Source: Phoronis australis
Lineage: Eukaryota; Animalia; Phoronida
Assembly: GCA_002633005.1 (NCBI GenBank)
Contig: NMRA01000788.1
Location: forward strand, 73,199-137,198
Reading direction: 5' to 3'
DNA: 64,000 bases
Below, one piece after another: positions 14,801-51,000 of this stretch. The position numbers and the translations under genes were made by a program. Within the stretch, counting starts at the first letter, position 1, and each line of letters opens with the position of its first letter. Below the pieces are notes generated by a model that was given only the letters and a program-made list of their open reading frames with translations, made no database searches and was not told the DNA's origin.

Positions 14801-16302
14801 ATGTGTGGTTAAAATATTATGAAACCTACCTGAAGAACCCGTCCTCAGATTTATCACGTAACACGAAAGTTGGAGTAAATCTCTAATTCTAAAGATGTTA
14901 TTCCCTACGTACTTCCACAGCTAGGTGGCACTGCAAAAGTGTTGGTTGTACATTGTTGTTTAGGACACAATGACTCATTTTAGCATCAATTTTAATGACG
15001 CTAACACGAAAGCGTGCGTGTTCCAAACATGCAAAATCATTGTTGTTTGGACACAGCACCTCCTTTTCAGGTGTAATGGCAAATTCGTGCAAGTAGTGAA
15101 TAGTTTTCCATTGATTGCAATGATGCGGGCAATAAACAAGCATTTCCACTGGTAACCATGAAAACTCATTAGGCAACCGGTCCTGCTCCTCATTATCTCT
15201 TGTTTATTCGTGTTTCCTTGAAATGCTAATATGAAGTGGGCGCTGGGTTATCTTAGAAGGACGACTGGATGTTAATTTTTTCACATTGTTATTGATTTCA
15301 CTCCATGGTGTGCTGGCTTGATGATAAGCTCCAGAGAGACCTCTGCGGTATATCTATGTTTGTACAGTGTTTGTGCAGCACAAGGTTTTTACCTCTGGGG
15401 GACCACCGCCTCACTCGACTGATAAAGGTTAAAGGCTCTTGATGTGGTTGGATTTTGAAATCGTTCTCGCTGTAATTGACATCCAACGTTGTTCAGGGTA
15501 AATGATAACCTAAATAGTAACTGTCACTGGATTGGTTTTCTTTATGTTAAAAGTTGGTGAGCACTATTCTATGTGTATTCAGTGGCCAAATGGTTCACGG
15601 CCAAGAGGTCATGGGTTCTTTTCTCCATCTGGACGAGCTGTTGTTCCCATGACCAAGGCTCGGTAGACTTTTTTAAAGTCATCGTGACGTGAGAGGGCCT
15701 CGTACCTTGCTGAGCCTTGAGTCCTTTAAGACTCTTAAAAGAAGAAAGAAAATTGTAGAACATGTAGTTAAAATCAGCGTGTGTAATTATCGGCGCACCT
15801 GGTGATAACAGATCTAATTCAGGGTGCAATTCATATGTACTAAGTTTTGATTTGAAATGCCACATGTTCATCGTTTTTGTTGCTATTACTATTATTATTA
15901 TTTTTGTTATTATTGCCATCGTCGTCAAATTTTTAGCATCACCATTATGGTAAAAATTCTTCAATTTGGGACAAAAATATCTGCTAAAATTGCCATACTT
16001 CTGTTTTTCACGAGCTTACCACATTACTGCAAGTGCCCAACATCTTTAAATTACCAAATGATTTTTTTGTTGATGTTTGGCCATGCAAACCATAATAAAT
16101 CAAATTATTTTTTCCCAAACACTTATTTTTGCTGGGAAATTTGACAATTAAAATGAAATTTCACCTATGCGACTTATTGTGTCCCAAACCGCTTAATTTT
16201 TACCGAATATCAGAATCAGAAAACAAGTAGACATTTTTTTTTACATGAATTCATCTTTCAAATTCCTTGTTATAGGTTCAGACTGCCATCTGAGTGAGAG
16301 CA

Positions 16303-38699
<22,397 letters not shown>

Positions 38700-41600
38700 G
38701 CAGTTGCTGTGCTATCACAGAAAAGAGAAACTTCATCGTAAAATATCCTATTCATCAGAATCAGCATCGAGTTATTAACTGTATCAGCAGGTGTATTTAT
38801 TGCGTACTGATTTAGCTGCGAACCTATTTTAGTGAATTGGTATGGTCGGGTTTATCAGTTCAGCTAAGTGTCGACCCAGCTTGTTGCGAAGAGGACTTGT
38901 GTCCAGTTCCCTGGTGCACAAGATATGAAGTCCCTTTTGTAATCTGGGGATGATGGACAGCTGAAATGAATCTCGTAATCGTGGAACGCTGAAATATTTC
39001 AGCCTCAAATGGACCAGTGCTCAAACACTGTCCCAGCGCTTGTGCTCTTAGAATCTTGCAGAGTGGAGTACTTAAAAACACTTCGGCTTCGATTTAAAAC
39101 GCTACGTATGATTGAGTGTCACCTCGAATACCCAGTGTGATTGTAGTAGTGCAACGTTAGAGCACCAATTGTTAGCATTCCATAATTCTTGGGTCAAAGG
39201 TCACAGATTCTTATTGCCAAATCCCATGAGTCAATGTGCAATACACAATTCGTGTTTTATGTCACTTTGTTAGCGTGATTTAAGTTATATTGCTTTTTTA
39301 GGTGTGTGTGTGTGCATACCCCAGTAGCATCAGTTTGATGCAAGTAAATGCCCACTTCCTTCCTGGCTTTTTAGCAAGCTGTTGACTTATTTCTTAGGTT
39401 CATGGGCTTGTCCTTACCTCAAGGATAAAGGTCGTCGCTAGTTATGTTCTTTTTGTTTCGTCTCTGTTCTCTAATGCCTGTTCGCTTGGCTTGATGAGTT
39501 TTCGCTGCATTCCATTTATGATACATTTGACATTATCGCTTTTTAGTTTAGATTTATATATATTTCTAAATATCTACTTATTTTTGTATTAGTTTTTTCT
39601 TAAATTCTTTCCAGTCTCTTGTATTTCCATGTGAATCTCTGTTGATTGAAATTCTGTCACGGACGTTACTTAAACTTACTTAAACAAATCTGTATTGCTG
39701 TGATGGCAAGAAATTCTCTTGTGTTCATTCCTAGATTTTCAAAACAAATTATTTTCATGAAGAAAACTACTCCAATCAAAGTAATATCTTTCTGTGTAAT
39801 ATGTTTGTGTTTCTGACTTTTCTTGATGTTTCAGTTCCATTGTTTGTGCTCTTTTCAATTCCATTTCAAATCTTTTCACGCCTTATGAGAAAAATTTTCT
39901 AAATTATTTCTCTGTGTTTCATTATTTCTTGTTTTGAGCTTTTCTGAATCAAGATTGTATAGTCTATGACGATATGTTATATAACGGATCTTTATTTGTG
40001 GTTATGGTAATCATTGTTTCTGGTTATGTAACTCGTTGATTGTTGGTTATTGTCATGTTAAAACATAACAAGCATGGCGAAATCAGTGACGTTTTAAGAG
40101 CCACTGCAGATTGAAAGCTGCAAGCTTAGCTGCATGCCTTAAGTTGATTAATGGTACCCGCACACAGTGAGGCAAAATGCTGACCTGTAAACTACGTTTT
40201 AGTAGTAATTGAAGTTAATATAGAAAACACGGTTATAATGAGTCAGCGAGAGAGATTTGTTGTTGTCAGGTGATGCAGTGCAGTAATTTTCGTTGGTTAC
40301 TAAAAGAAATCCTCTTAAGTTCTTAGCTAACCTTGCCTGCATGTTGTGAGGATTTACGCTTGTTAGGTGAAAGAAACCCAACAACTCGCGGCCTTGTTAA
40401 ACAAAATCCCCATGGAGTGTTTTGTCTCTGGTGTGAGCTAGGAGCTGAACTCATTTGCAGTTGAGGCGCGCAACTTTCCATCTGTGGTGGCTCTTAATCA
40501 TATCCCACGTTATTTCAGTTGCCTCGGGGGTGAGGTAGGAAATTCTGGCAAGTTGGAAGTAACTTGTCGTTGTGAGGTGGGCAATCGTTCTTGGGGTCCG
40601 TTTGAATGTCACAAAGCCAAGAGCATTTATAGTTTCAAGTGAGGTGCTGTTAACTGCTGCAATGTTTACAGTAATTCTCCGCTTATTCCCAAATTTGTAT
40701 TTTTCCATTCTTCAAAGCTTGATTACTTTGCTACACATAATAGGAGCTTTAACAACTATTATTTTATGACATTTCCACAGTCCAAACCGAGCTAATAACT
40801 ATTTTCTTGATCTTTGTTTTTGTGGAAATCTTGTCTACTACCACATGGTGTGGTAAATAGGTGAAAAATTACCCTGTTTTAACCTCGATAGTTGTAAACT
40901 ATCATGAGATGCTTAAGTTGAAAAGAAAGTGATGCTATGTTGCCCTCATCAAATGTTTATAGCAAGCGTAGTATCCTCTTACAAAGCCTACAAAATTGAC
41001 GAGCGAGCGTGACACTTGAGACCAGTTTAACAATAAGTGTGAGGAACGACTGCTCTTATTGAGATGATAGGATCCACTTTGTTGTATGACAGGTAATTGC
41101 ATTAGCTGTATCATGCTTTTATTTCTCAGGGCAGGTGACCGTGCAATATCACAAAATCAGTTTTGTGTGGAATCACTAAAACTGGGTTTAGTATCCTTTA
41201 AGAACGTCTGTCTTGATACAAGATACTGTTTAGTTCTATTAACCATTATAAGAATTTAGTGCTAGGGAATTATGTCAAGGGCATGTTTAATTACCTACAC
41301 TACTGCACTTTGGGATTCGAAATATGTGGCCAGCTTATCCATGATTTTACTTTCAGTACAACGCGTTTTGATTTTGATTAGCTTCTGTTTTGGTTTTTAC
41401 CTAGTTGCACTTTGTAATCTGTCCAAGTGTTACAGGAATCTAACAGCTATCATCCATCAATTCATCTGTCCAAATTTGCATTGGTTTGAATTAAATAAAA
41501 AGCTTCTCTGGGTTGGGTGTAAATGAGATGAATTTTGAAGACTGGTTATTCACACGGTAGTGCTAATGAGGACAGTATTCTCATATTAACGGAAGAGAGC

Positions 41601-42545
41601 AGAACAAAAATGTGTTCAACAGCATGGGTGTGCTACTACTTGAATGCTTGCTTTGCATGCTAGTAGGGGTGAGGATCATTGTTTCACTAGCGCCACCTGG
41701 TGAACTTCCATTTTCTTATTATGTGAGGCATTTATGAAGTACCATTCTTACTATTATAAAGATTGGAGCTTACAATGGTGTTATTGTGTATAGTATACAG
41801 ATATTTTTGTGCTTGCTTGTTTGTGGTTTACATTGTCTTACCTGCTAGATTGTGTATTTATGAAGAAATCTACATTATATACATTAAGGGACTAAATATG
41901 AATGGACTAGGTCACAAGTTCTGTATTCTGTCGGCCATCGTTAGGAGGAGGCGATTTCCAGAATACTTGGGTCTCCACTACTGGTCCTTAATGGAGATTG
42001 TTCTGTTACATCTTTTATAATTTCAATCCATGGAGAGTTTCAGTGCATACTAAGTGCTAACACTTTCCTATTCTGTTCAAGTAGGTGTACTATTGCTTTC
42101 TGCAAAATCCAGAGACGTGATTTTAGTGTCATTAGCAGGCCCCCGTGTGTTGACAAATAGTCCCGTCAGTGAAATTGATGTGATGTGCTGACTTGAGATT
42201 TGAAGCCTCAGAGTGTATACGATGTAGAAAAAACGAAACATACACTGGACATTGGCAGCCTAGAAAAACCATCTCTCTAGGGATTGTAATCCCGGATTTG
42301 TTATACATAGATTGTTATGTGGATTGTCGGGCGTTGCTCCTCGCAACTAATTGTGTTATCGGTAATTTAAAGTAACTGAGCTACTGAACTGTCGATCGAT
42401 AGGAACTCGTCCCGGGAACATCTTTGTTGAGAGGTGGTTTTCTTTGTCACTGTTCTCCAGTGATATCGTTAAGTATGTGTTGTGATGTATAAAGAATGAA
42501 CTACAGTACATGTAAGAGTAATAAAACAAGTGTTGTTTTATCTAC
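38700..42545 (+). other. Probable long Syt1 3' UTR with candidate poly(A) signals
   Basis: U-rich and free of obvious transposons. AATAAA at 41494 and at 42520, the latter with upstream TGTA and a downstream GT-rich tract. Confidence 0.55.
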
Positions 42546-43831
42546 ACGTGCCTAAAGATGTTTTCATTGCACACTTGCAAATACAAGTTGAGCGTGCACA
42601 GACCTAGAAGTCATAGTCTTGCCTGACGCTTTTGTTCTGACACATACCAATACCGAACGACATGTTAAAAGAATCCTGCCACCATCCTTGATCGCTTGAC
42701 ACCGGGTTGCCCATAGGTACCCATGGTAAGGTTTGTTACAGTGTTGTCGCTGTTAGTAGTTCAATCTTGGGATTGCGCCTCTAAGTCTAAATAACAGTTC
42801 CTTCAAAAGGGAACTTCCACCTTAGCAGACCACCTACTACAATAAAACAGGCCCCGGTTTGTTCCTTTTTCACTTGAGGTGTGAAGATGGACTTGCAAAG
42901 AGCTGACAATTTCTGGCGTTATTTCTCAAGGCCATGCTCCGCGTTTACTTGACTGAAGCCGCCGTGGGAAGTCATTTGTTGATCTGGGTCTTATCCGAAG
43001 TCGGCAGGCGTTTGAATTTGACTAGACCAATTTCATGACGACAAATAGTCTAACTTGATACATTTATTGCTCAGGGAATGTAACAAATGGCAAGTCTGAG
43101 GCTGTGCGTCTCAGGTATAGTCTTTAAAAAAGTAAATGAACGAGAGCGTTTTTTAAATGGCCAGTCATACCTGGCAGAGAAATAATATCAATGACATAGA
43201 AAATCCTACACTAGTCTCAGGTTTATGACGGGCAAAACCTCTTGGAAATTTCGTCAAAATCTCGACTGGAGGCTTGCCGAGGAAAGTTTTGACGAAATTT
43301 CCTGGAAGTTTGCCCATGTCGTACATCTGAGACGAATGTATGATTTTTTCTCCCATGAACCGTAAAAACGATATTTTTACCAGCGCTGTAGAGGTAAGTA
43401 GGCGCCCAAAGCCCTCCGTATCACCTTGAGTACTGAGCGCAACTTACGGTGCGTATAGGCGCTACGCCGTTCAAGTGCCAAAAGATGGTTGGCTGCGCTT
43501 ACGTGCGCCTACGCCCCACTACAGCACCATTTCGACTTCGCCAAACTACCACTTCCCACCACCATCACCACCAACTCCGTTAACACCCCTCCGGAAGCCC
43601 CAATGCCCACCCGGATTACAGAATTTTCTAACTTCAGGCTGCAATTAAATTCACTCGGTTGAAATATCATTTCTTTGAAGATTAGATTCTAACCATCGGA
43701 AGTAGTCCTTTAGTGTAATTCGAAAATAGGGGTCTTCACGTTCTTCAAAATTCAACCCTTTCGATGGCGGTCAATCCTATTGTATTTTGCTCACACTTTT
43801 TTGGTTGTTTGGGTCGAATGTCTTGATACTG

Positions 43832-43947
43832 CATGGGCGGCGCACTTTTTTCAGTGCTGCTCTGCTCATGGTCTATAGGCGGCGCTCCATGACAGGGGGG
43901 CTGGGGGGCTTTAGCCTCCCACTTTTTTCAGTGCTGTGCCGCCCATG
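43832..43947. mobile_element. Short MITE
   Basis: TIR catgggcggcgc / gtgccgcccatg, with 5-bp TSD tactg. Confidence 0.75.
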
Positions 43948-43975
43948 TACTGCTGTCAGTGCTGGCCACGAATGT

Positions 43976-44127
43976 CAGGGGCGGATCCAGGATTTTGAGT
44001 TTGGGGGGTCGGCGCAGAATATCATTAGCCAGGATTTTTCCCGTCAGACATTCGCACCTCCGAACTGCCTAATGGAATCTGAGAATTTTAGGGGGGGGGG
44101 CATGGCCCCCCTCTAAATCCGCCACTG
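43976..44127. mobile_element. Short MITE
   Basis: TIR caggggcggatccag / ctaaatccgccactg, with 5-bp TSD aatgt. Confidence 0.8.
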
Positions 44128-47100
44128 AATGTCTTGTATTTTTATGAATTTGGAATCTCAAATTCCCTCGTGAATTCTTGGCAGTGTCGGATTTACATGT
44201 ATAGAGGGACAAAGGGACATTTCCCCTGAACTGCTTCACCGAGAGAGGGTCCTATCTGAAATGGGACACCGTAAGATGAAAGGCTAAACATCATTGAGCT
44301 TGGAACACGATTGACACTTCATTCCACTTTCCTGTTGTCCCCGACGATGCAGGAAGTGACCTTCAACATGAAAGCCGGTTGCACGATTTCACAAAAAGCA
44401 GCAAAATGGAGGTAATCGATTCCAACATTAGGCCCTCTCTCCGTGTGTAATTTGTCGATAAAAACACAAAAAGGGTGGCCACTTGAATATCATCAATGTC
44501 CACCGGCACCTTCAAGGGCGGGGCCCCTAAATATGAAAATATCTATAGTTTTTAGAAAATCAGGAAATGCGCAGCAATTCATGTTATCTGTCAGGTTGTC
44601 AATTATTCTCAAGTGATACGCAGTTTCGACAAAAATGTTGTCTCCGTTATCCCATTCGCATTCTTAAAATTGACTGATTGAATTTAAAAATACATTAAGT
44701 CAGTACGCTCCGCAAGAGCTTCGCTTTACAAATGTTCTCGATTTTTCGAAATATATGTAACGAGAATGAACGGTTACGCGCGCATTTTCAAGTGCGTTTA
44801 GACGACCTGTACTGCACAAACGGAGACCCTAACAATGTCCTGACCAGGCCGGGTCCTCAAAACGTAAACCATGCACTGTTGTTAAATGTTCTCTTAGAAT
44901 TTTCTCTCTTATTCGTATTTCGATGTCTTTCTTTTCTCTATTGTCCCCGGCCCCACGCCTATGTCGGTTACAACGGTGTAACCCTGACGCCTGAAAATTT
45001 TTGGGGGGCCCGTGCCCCCCGCCCCCCCCCCCCCCGCTTCCTACGGCCCTGACCAGTCGTGTCGTAACTCATTCCAGGTCATGTGAGAAAAAAGATTTCT
45101 ACTCTATAAAGACTGTAGATTTTAGAATATGGGTCCCTCATAGCCGTTGTGGAAATTTAGTGAGACATTCATTCAAATTATGAATCTCTATTGAGCCGTT
45201 TAATGCAATTCAGGATGCAGCGATATTTACAAAAATGTGATAAACTAATAGTCCGAAATTTGCAGATACAGGTGTTCTGATAGCTGAAAATAGTCAAACA
45301 TCAATTATGTAGCTTTGAAATGTAGGATAGCTCATTACATTGGTTGCACTGTAGGACGTTCTGTAAAAGTTTTGAAATAAACTCACTTCTTCCGAAAGTA
45401 AAAATTAGTGACCCTGATACATGTAGTGCAGGTTACTTTAAACAAGAGACATTGGAACACATTTTACCTTTGTTGTGTTACTAAAGAAAGTTTACTCTAG
45501 AAAGTAACAATATTCATAACAGAGAGACGATGTTTTTTGAACACCTGTCTCATAGTTGTCAAGGTCAACATTCGATCGAAAAGGAAAAGAAACGGGGCAA
45601 CTGGATTGAAAAGCGGAGCTTCCGGATAAAAAGTGGGACACAGTTGGCTTAAGCCAAAGCACAAGGGTGAAATGTGCACCGCAACACACGGCACAAAAAC
45701 GTTCAGACAGCGTTTTTTTTGTCGAACGGGACACGTAACTCCCAAAAGTGCTCAACAGCGTTTTTTAGTCGAATGGGAAATTGCGAGTATCGTAAAAAAC
45801 CATGAAACGTCCAGTCCTTTTCTTTTTAGTGGAACGGAAAAATAGGGCTATGTCGCGTGGGAAATTGCAAAGGTATGTGTGATAGATAAATGTCAATTTC
45901 GCCGTGTGTCAAAAAGCGGGCGTTTTAATGGTGTGCTGGGATGGCGGAAATTTTCGATAAGTGGGACAGTCCGCACAGAGCAGGCCAATTAGAAAGTACC
46001 CTGTCTGCTGTCAGCAACACAACTGGTTAGTATTATTCTACAAGAATTAACAAAAAAAAAAGATGCGCATAAAGAGTGACCAGTGTAACTGTCGTATTTG
46101 TTGACAAATTTTTCGAGAAATCGGTGGTTGTCTGGAACCGCGGCTATAGTTTCGGGTACGCAAGCTCTTGAATAATACAATGCACGGGTAACGTGCAAGA
46201 GTTGAATTCCATGGCTAGAGTTCTATGGTTTTGGGTACCCTTGCCGCTGTAAAAAATTTCACGAGAAAGGGTTACCTTTTACACCTGAACCTGTTACGCT
46301 CTTTATGACATTCACCAGGAAGAGTGTCAAGAAGATAAACTGACAAAACCATAAAACATCATTGTACTAGCGATGTCTATGGACAAAACCACTCTTTAGT
46401 GGGGGGAGGGTGTAAAAAAGTAATGCAAGGACTCGAGACTCGTCCTAGGGCTACCGATACGACTAGGCGGTTGCGACCAGAAACCCAGAGGCGCGAAGAA
46501 ATAGCATCACTACAGAATTCAGTAGCCTAAACGGAACATCGTCTCGGTAACTAGTTGGTTACAATTCCATCTAGTCCCGGCAGAGTGCTACGAACCATAG
46601 GATACTCCATTCGGACGGGAGGGTCCTGAATAGGGAAGGGTGACGCAAACTTATTACTTGGCGAAATTCGCCAAGTATGTTGTTTACTACTCGTATTCTG
46701 CCTCCGAGACTGCGGAAGGAAAATAGACGAAAAAATGACACTTTTAAGTAAATTTATAGCCTACTTGAAAATTAGTCGAATTTTGCTCCCATTATTTTTG
46801 CCGACTTTCGACGAGAAAAACGTCGTAATTTTTTGAAAACTCCTTTCAAATGCCAAACAAAGAATGTGAAAATCTTTGTAAAATGGCACCTGACCAATAT
46901 CGGAAAAATAGTTTGACAAAATTTGAAATGTGCCAGTGTCACGGGCAAACTGTCAACCGGCGCCCGAACAATGAGCATTTCTTTTGAAGATCGTTATTAT
47001 GAAAGCTTTACTTAGAAACGTGGTCATTTCGAGTAGGTGTAGATTGTACTGTCAGACATTGTTAGGATTATGAGTTTTATTTTCCATAAGTATCGTAGAG

Positions 47101-47309
47101 GGAATTTCTTTCTCAGAGTAGGCCTTCGGTGACAGTGGGCGGTTTGACCGATACCGTCAGAGGGGCTTTGCATTGTCTCGTCCAGAGGGAGACCAGCCTA
47201 TAGGTAGGCTAAAATTGAGTATTGTCAGCAAACAGCTCTTCAGAGCTAATGTTGATTGTATATGAAATCTCAATTAACAAATTTTCACGTAGATGTATGA
47301 AATTCGGAC

Positions 47310-47410
47310 AAAGTCATGTCACGTGCGCCTCCACTGAACTGAAACCAGCAGCCAATGAACCTCGAGCGAACAGGACGGCCAATGAAGTGGCATTACTAAC
47401 GTGGTAGACC
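47310..47410 (+). promoter_or_regulatory. Putative promoter of the NELL/kielin-like gene
   Basis: E-box CACGTG at 47320 and two GCCAATG boxes (CCAAT at 47352 and 47379), about 600 bp upstream of the signal-peptide exon. Confidence 0.35.
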
Positions 47411-48002
47411 GTAACCAGGGGCTTACGATATCGACCCACTCTGGTGTTTACTACGTCGATGTACACCTAAATCATACCAAATATGATGAGCTCATCCAGT
47501 TCTCTAGACATGTTTCGCTGCAATCCCCGTGGCCTTTGTTCCGCCTAAGTAAACCAAAGGCGGTCCAGCTCATTTGGAAAAGCAGTGACAAAGTACCGGG
47601 GTCGATCAAGTAAATATCAAGCTATTACTTATATTAAATTTAATATTATCACCCAAAAATATTTTAATTTAACAGAAAAATATAACTGTTGTACATAGAG
47701 GTATGTTTAATTGCTCGGAAACATGAGTAACACACTTTAAAAAGAAAACGTAAAAGAAGCACCCCCTTACAAAGTGGACCAGTCGTTAGATGTCCCATCT
47801 GTTTTCATTCATTCGGCTTCACCAAAGTTATTCTGTGTTTGCGCGACCTGAAAAGTAGGTCACTATTTGGGGAATCCAATTATTGCACCTCAAGGAATAT
47901 CAAACAATGTAGAAAATGTGAAGCGGGCTTCTGTAACCTATGCCTGTTCTACATCGTGACTGTGGTGGAAGCTTTTTTCAACGCAACAGGTGAAGACCAG
48001 AG

Positions 48003-51000
48003 ATGATGGTGGACACAACGCGTCCCGTATTTATCGTCTGCTGGTGGTCGTGTCTGTTCGCTTTGTCTTTGGAGTTTGGGAATTTCAGTCAGACAGGTTT
48101 GTTGTCATTATCATTAGGCCTATGCACGAGGATCCATTGAAGTCTTAGTAGCACTTCGCTGCAGAAACCTGAAACCTATGTCGTGATTCATAGATCCGGA
48201 CCTGGAAAAATTCTTAAATCATTGAGGAGAAATCTTAAAAGATGACAGGGCCTAAGCCTAACTCTAAGGCAAAAGTGGCTCACGAAACGAGTCATTTTGA
48301 GCGGGCTGGAGAAATCCGATGAGTGGCTTCAGTCTCAGTCACAAAACCCTTCCTTCAAATTCCGCTCATGGATGTTTTAATGTCCAGATTGCCCCACTAC
48401 AGAGGGTGCCTTTTCTGATTTAATTTCCTGCACTTTCAGCTTAGGAACTTGGGTTGAGCTAGGAACTGGTTCCTAGGGTTGAGGTAGGCTCAGCTTAGGA
48501 ACCAATAAGGACAACATGAGATTGACTCCTAGATTTACAACGGAACTCTTCAGAAAAAAAGAAGGGTTTCGTATTTTATTGCTGGGTTCACGACTAACGA
48601 GAATTTCCGAAAATAGGACCACCCAAAAGCCCGCCCATGGCCGTATCTTCGGTAACTGCATGTTTTGGAAACCTGCTACATGGTCCTAAAATAATTATGG
48701 CTCAATGTAAAATTTTGTTTCTTTTGTCAAGAGATAATAATTTTTGAGATTTCGATTTCACTCAAATGACTAACATTTAACAAGGGATTGGGTGACTTTG
48801 TAACTACAGTACTGAATTAGCATGTGAAGGACAGTTTTAAGGCTATGTGTTTGCTGTTCATGCGAAATAATTATGTAGGCCTACTAGGAATAAAATTCTT
48901 ACTGTCCACTGGTAAGACACAACTTCATACTACATAAATTAAAAAACCCTTTATTTCAAGCAGTTTCCTTTAAATACGTCCGGGTATATACTTGGTTTCA
49001 TTTCACATTTTTGAAAGGCCGTTATCCGAATATTCGCACATGGGCCTATTTTTGGAAATTCCTGGTACAATTCAATGGGTGTATTCAGTTTTAGTTCAAT
49101 AGATAAGAGTATTTAGTTTTTAACAAAAATGATCATGGAAAGTAACAACAGAGTGATTTTTTGCAGAAGCTCCCATCAAATGTGTCTTTAATTTTTCAAT
49201 AGTACCAACACAGAGGGCAGGGTTTTATCTTCTTAACAAGGCAGAAAGTTTCCCAATGGCCCGCTCTGTCAAAGCTATGATTGTTGAGTAACCCTGTCCT
49301 TCTAACGGCATCTGCTATTTGAAAACAGCTGGACTGGATGAACATCATTGCTGTGCAAGAACTTTTGTGTCAATCAGGAGTTATTCACCTCCTTGTGAAC
49401 ATTTTTCACAATTTGTTTTAAAGTCATAAATATATTCTTTTACATTTGTGCAGCCTCATGTTAATGCGTTTTTAATCTTGTATCATTTTCACGGATGGGT
49501 CCTTAATGTACCATTAGATCCTAAAAAGTCCAGGACTGTTTATTCCATTTCCTGAGACGGAGCAGGGTCAAGAAGTGACTAGTCCACTTGAATAGCATCT
49601 TGTTGACATATGGCATGGTGAAATTAGTGAGCAAAACACCAGGCAGTGTATATTCTGTATATACACACTTGGTGGTACTATGTAAAGCTGCATGTAACTA
49701 ATTGAGCTCTGACACAAACCTGTAGGGAAAAGACAATGGTGTGTTTGTTGTAAATTCCATCTCCTTACCGCTGTTGAAGCCTAAAGCTATAAACCTGCCT
49801 TTCCTGTTGAAATTTCACTTAGACCAGTGACTTTATGAAATGGGTCTCAAATTGTTGCGTAATGAAATTGGAGATGATTTTTCATGGCCTCCAATGCATT
49901 GACAGATGGTTATTGCTTACGAGCAGCTCTACAATTTGGTTTTTCCCAAGTTGTCATGTTATGATATGCATCCTGCATGGTCTCACGGAATAATGAACTC
50001 TCTGTTCAAACCTAGAAAATATTTTCATCTGCAGAGGAACAAGTTGAGACCAATTTAAAAGCGCCGAGGGGTCTAAATCAAAAGTTCGGGTTGATGTCCG
50101 CCTTAAGGAGGTTCCTTTCCAGTCACTGGCTATATGATGTGAATGAGAAATATGCTTTGCTGAAGTAAAAATTCTCAAATTTGGGACAACTTTTATAATT
50201 TGCGACTCCAAAACTCAAACGGAAATTGAAATTTTCTTGTGTAAAATGTCATGAATTTAGGAAAAATATGGCAAACAAGGTGTAAAAAATGAGGTTCACC
50301 AAGCAAATGTTATTTTTTTTAAAGTGCTTTACAATAGACACCTTCAAGCAATATTTTGAGAAACTGTGGCCATTCACAACGCTTTGGGAACCATTTGAGA
50401 CATGAAGAAGAATAATGTCTCATAATTTTTGTCTGAAGTTATTTTGTACATTGTGTTGCTTTTTGATGTTTATTTGATTTTTATTTTTTTTTCAAAAATG
50501 TGAATTGGCAGTGCCTTTGGTATATTTTAAATGTAAGTGCTTGTAGTCATTGCTTGGAAGCATGGTATGTTGTAGACAGGAAATGTTTTTCTTCATTCAC
50601 TCTGTAATCACTTGACCTGGTTTTCACTATTTGACTCCCAATAGTGAAGAGGATTAGTTCATTGGTCTATTGTAGATGTATTCTCATGAGTTTAGGCCAA
50701 CCCATGGGCATAAGCCTCCAGCACACACCTTTTGCCTCTTTTCATTTCCAGGCTCAACTTACAATGTTATACAATGGATACATGATAATATCAGGATATT
50801 TAGTCTGGTTTGGGTCAAGTCTTGCTTATCTGGCATCAGGACAGTGACCGTTAAAAAACAACACCACTGTAAAATCTCACCAATTTCGGACAAATAATAA
50901 TGACCAAAATTGCACATTTTTCAGTTTTCAAGGTCTTGTTTAGAACATAGTTGTGAATGTCCAAAATTTTTCAAAGATACTTTCTGTTAATGCCTAATAT

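Noticed and set aside
414-16144. Numerous 60-130 aa ORFs upstream of the Syt1 ATG
   Set aside because: They show no recognisable domains, often have non-ATG starts, and form no consistent exon chain. This is expected noise in intronic or intergenic DNA.
44345-44420. Promoter-like motifs (caggaagtg, aaaatgg) with ATG GAG|gtaatc
   Set aside because: The phase-0 donor does not fit the downstream phase-1 exon at 53932, no partner exon was found, and the surroundings are transposon-rich.
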